From Gonapodya sp. JEL0774 (taxonomy: Eukaryota), in NCBI GenBank assembly GCA_027604505.1, contig JADIIX010000053.1:124001-150012 (forward strand): a DNA stretch of 26,012 nt, in the 5' to 3' direction. Shown here in pieces: positions 22,390 through 26,012 of this stretch; within the stretch, counting starts at the first letter, position 1; each line of letters starts with the position of its first letter. The notes under the pieces are model-generated. The model saw nothing but the letters and a program-made list of their open reading frames with translations, did no database searches and was not told the DNA's origin. The translations under genes and the position numbers were made by a program.

Positions 22390-24871
22390 TCACTCCTGTA
22401 CATAAGATTTATCTTCAGCGAGCCCTTGTCCGTTGTTGGTAATGGAATCGATTACACGAACGGTCGCACCAGATGATATTTCGGTTCGTGTACCTCCAGC
22501 TCTCGTCTTCTCAGAGCCTGTCAGCTTAAGAAACATTGACGGGATCGCTGGTCGGTGGCGCGGCTGTAAGACAGGGGGTTCTGCGTCTGCTTGGACTGGT
22601 GGGGGTGGGTTCTTCCATGTGGAGAGTCCTTCATCCACCACAACAAATGAGCCCGCGTGTGACGCAACTGTGCTAGAAGCATACGCATTCTGCACTTTCT
22701 CTGAGTTGGGTGATTTATATCTGTCCGCATCTAGTGATTGGACTTGGTTCAGGCTGACATCTTCTGCATCAGCATTTCGTTTTTGACTCCCCTCACTCGG
22801 CTCTTGAAGAGGCGGTTCCAATGATGATTCCTTCAAAGGTTTCCGAGAGAGAAGCCGTCGAAGTGGTGCACCAAAACCGCCGAATCCACTGCGACGATCA
22901 CCGTCCTTTGCGCTGATGTCATTCAACCTTTCCGGGGTTGGCGCGGGATTCTTTCTCGAAATCATTCTACGGATTGGATTCGCATCCTGTGAACTTGATG
23001 ACTGAACTCCTACATTCCTCGACGAAGGAGAGCGTTCCTCGACTCCCACGTCTTTACTCGATGCTGCTCCTCTAATCTTCCGAGATTTTCGACTCTTTCT
23101 GGAAACGGCCCGCTGGAAAAAGCTATTCAATCCTTTGAAACCATTTTCGGCGCTTTTTCCGTCTGAAACAAGCATGGGCACGGAAGCAGCGATTCGACCG
23201 TCCCGGCGCGGAGATCCCTCCTGAGGATGCGAGAGATCTAAGGGCTGGCTGACAATGAGATCGGGAAAGTGTGACGAACTACTCAAGTTGTTCGCGAGAT
23301 TGCTGTGGTTCGGATCCGGATGTCGAGGTTGTTCCAATGGCAGAGCGATGAACTCCGGTGTACCTTCGAATGAGAATCTGCTCCGCGAGTCTTCAGTCGG
23401 ACTTGCATCTTGTGACTTCGAAACCACCACGTTCGCGCTGCGTTCAGACCACAGTAGCTCGGATGCTTCGGTCTCAGTCAGAGTCTTGGTGGTAATCACC
23501 GACTTTTTCGAGGAGAGCTCCAACATGCGAGCGTTCTCAGAGTTCGGGGTTCGCTCATTCTGCCGTGATGTGGCTGTTCGATCTGAATGGACGGTATTAG
23601 AGGGAGGTTTCACAGAAAGCCCAAATATCGAAGGAAGATTGCCGAATTTCATCGAGGAGCTCGAACCACCACGATTATCGTGATTGGAAGCGGATGGGTT
23701 GAAATAATGTCGGGCCATCGCATACACGGAATTGTGCAGCGAAGCATCGGATCCCAGTCGTACATGGGCTTTGTCAAGGGAAGTTCCTGAAGTCACATCA
23801 AGACTTTTGGTCAAGTCGATGGAGTGATTTGGTGCGCTTATAGTAGTGGTAATAACGGCTAACACGACACAAAAAAAAAAATACAGTCACTTTCGACCCG
23901 TTCGAGTTCAGTTCGCGCTTACCAGCCATTCCTCGTGCTCGATCTCGGAAGTTCGAGCTGCCTTGGACAGCCGACATTTGGTGTCTGCCCACCGCAGATA
24001 GCGACGTTTGCGAAGAGAACATCTCTTTTCCGTTGTTGGTCGGCGATTTATGTTGGGAATATTGTCCGTTCAAATCAACGTCGGACTGTGGATTCAAGCG
24101 ATTGCCGCTCTGAGCGTCGAAATGACTTTCAGTCGCTCTGCTTCTCGCATTTTGTAGAGCGAAGTTGTGAGCAATAGACGAATTACTCTCATTTATCGCC
24201 TGGCGATCAGATACATGCTCATAACGAGGAGGCTTCCAGGTAACGTGCTCTTCTCCAGCCGGCGGTGACGTGTCAATCTGCGGAGTGTGGAGAAGGACGG
24301 ATTTGTTCCGCGAAAGTGTTTCCTGTTCAACAGGTATTGTCTTCGAGTTCGCGCGTGTCATTGCGGATTTGCTCCGATACAGACGCGCGGGGGCATAATC
24401 TGACCTAGGAGGAGGTCGAAAATAATCAACCGGAACAACGGACGATACACTGCTCGATCCAGGTAATCGGCTGGAGTTCCCCCGTGATAGGAAAGTGCTA
24501 TGTTTGGGGGAGAGTTTTGCGGGCGGAGTCACAGCAATATTCGAACCCTGCGTAGAGTTTTCTTCATTTAGATTGCCGCTTCCCAGTACAGAGCTGCTTT
24601 TCGAGCACCTTTTCGGATGGGAAGTTTGAAGGGGGTCACTTGGCGCCCGGATTGTCCTCTTGTCTCTATCAATCGGGTTTGCAGCTTGTTGGACGATCTT
24701 CCCAACGACAATTTGAAGTCCAACAGTTTGGTGTGATCCCTCGAACTCCTCTGTGGAATGAAAGTCGCTTTCAAAGCTGAATCTTCTCTCCAATGCCAGT
24801 CCGAAAGTTTGGGATGCCACAGGCGAGGTTGTTCCAACAGAAATTTCTGCTCTCGCATGGGATTTGTCCAT
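22390..24871 (-). CDS. Long Ser-rich low-complexity hypothetical protein (about 800 aa, two exons)
   Basis: ORFs 23798..24871 and 22390..23865 join through a 64-nt phase-1 intron at 23922..23859 (gtaagc...T11 tract...tag). No domain recognised; the start codon is uncertain. Confidence 0.75.
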
Positions 24872-25062
24872 GAGAAATGTAAGTGTTTTGGATCGTCATG
24901 ATCATCATTCTGGAACGGCGAAGTGCCAGTGCCAGGGCTTGTCGGACTTTGCGTCCGCTCCATCCTGCAAACTTGGCCTTGTGCTCTTGGTAAAGCCCGA
25001 GGGAGGGGATTTGGAATGTCTCTTCGCATGCAAATAATTAATTGCATCTACATGTTTTTCAA

Positions 25063-25918
25063 TTATTTCTTGGGAGTGTAGAAAAAGTTTGCTTCAATCA
25101 CTTCCAACGGTGTTGGGGCAGTACATGTGATGTAAGTCGCTTCTCCTCGGTAAGCTTTGCCCAGTTGAACATAGTGATTCACTGATAGCTTAAAGGAGTC
25201 CAGCTCCTTTTGCGACAGATCCCGAACTTTCCGAGCCGGAGATCCCGCCCATAGCTCGCCAGATTTGACCACCTTGTTTGGCGGAACGAGCGACTTTGCA
25301 GCCACCATAGCGTTTGATTCCACTACTGCACCATCAAGTATAGTTGAATGCATGCCGATGAATGCCCCTGTGACAAAACGGATTGGAGAGGAAGGACTAA
25401 GTCACCAAGAACCACCAACTGACCGTCCTGAATCGTGCACGCATGGAGGAGTGCCATGTGGCCGATAAGCACATTCTTGCCCACAATTGTTGGTTTATCT
25501 GGCAGGGACGTGTGTATACTGCAGGCGCAGTCTAAAGATGGTTGGTAGGAACTTGACAGTTGAGTTCAGTGCCTACCGACACGGTCCCATCCTGCACATT
25601 GCTATTGTCTCCAATGGTAATGCCTGGACTGATAAATGGATACAGTTCGTTGGACAGACCCAAGTTATACTCAACCAAGCAGTCTTACCCATCCCCCCTC
25701 AACACCGCATTAAACCAGACACTCGCACGCTCGCCGATGGTTACCTCTCCTATAATAGTCGCATTTGGTGCGATGAATGCGCTGGGATGGATGTCTGGAT
25801 TGACTCCATTAAACGAGATCACGCCAGGGTGAGAAGTTGAGATCCATGCAGCCTTCTCGAAGAACTGTAACCGTAGGTTCCTGAGAGCATTGTTCCGAAA
25901 GGCTGCGATCCTATTCAT
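25063..25918 (-). CDS. Gamma-carbonic anhydrase family (YrdA/CaiE-like, left-handed beta-helix) protein with a putative mitochondrial presequence, 225 aa
   Basis: Exons 25918..25689, 25628..25581, 25518..25424 and 25367..25063, all phase-compatible. Motifs: AFIAPNATIIGEVTIG, SVWFNAVLRGD, SNVQDGTVIH, IGHMALLHACTI, AFIGMHSTILDG and GELWAGSPARKVRDL. Confidence 0.92.
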
Positions 25919-26012
25919 GCTCTTGAATTGAAGGCCTGTTTAGATTTTTTTCGGGGGGTGGGGGTGTATGGGGGGTTAAGGGGAAATATTTAATAAAATA
26001 AAAAATAGAATA

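Noticed and set aside
23859..23922. Apparent frameshift or slippery site at the A11/T11 run joining two overlapping ORFs
   Set aside because: A canonical phase-compatible 64-nt intron (gtaagc...tag) spans the run, which serves as its polypyrimidine tract.
1..26012. Prokaryotic defence systems, CRISPR arrays, transposons, rRNA or tRNA genes
   Set aside because: The window is spliceosomal-intron-rich eukaryotic DNA. I recognised no repeat-spacer array, terminal repeats, transposase/RT motifs or RNA-gene signatures by eye; a covariance-model search was not possible.

Overview
Gene-dense, intron-rich eukaryotic DNA (about 50% GC, mostly 55-140 nt GT-AG introns, intergenic gaps often under 200 bp). 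It looks fungal. A JHY-like ciliary domain and a DBH/MOXD1-like monooxygenase point to an early-diverging, probably zoosporic lineage (inference). Genes rebuilt by hand across introns, left to right: a 662+ aa disordered ORF running off the left edge (absent from the ORF track); a possible small spliced gene; a bifunctional PFK-2/FBPase-2; a JHY-like protein; two tandem small membrane proteins, each with a PPxY motif; a 12-exon SDR ending in -AKI; an Oac1-type mitochondrial carrier; a cytochrome b5/acyl-CoA dehydrogenase fusion; UDP-GlcNAc pyrophosphorylase; a secreted DOMON/copper type II monooxygenase; a long Ser-rich protein; and a gamma-carbonic anhydrase-family protein with a mitochondrial-like presequence. 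The most notable observations are the gamma-CA, the intact DBH-like enzyme, 3-nt and 5-nt microexons inside conserved motifs, and the PY-motif gene pair. No RNA genes, transposons or CRISPR arrays were recognised. All exon models are manual and lack transcript support.
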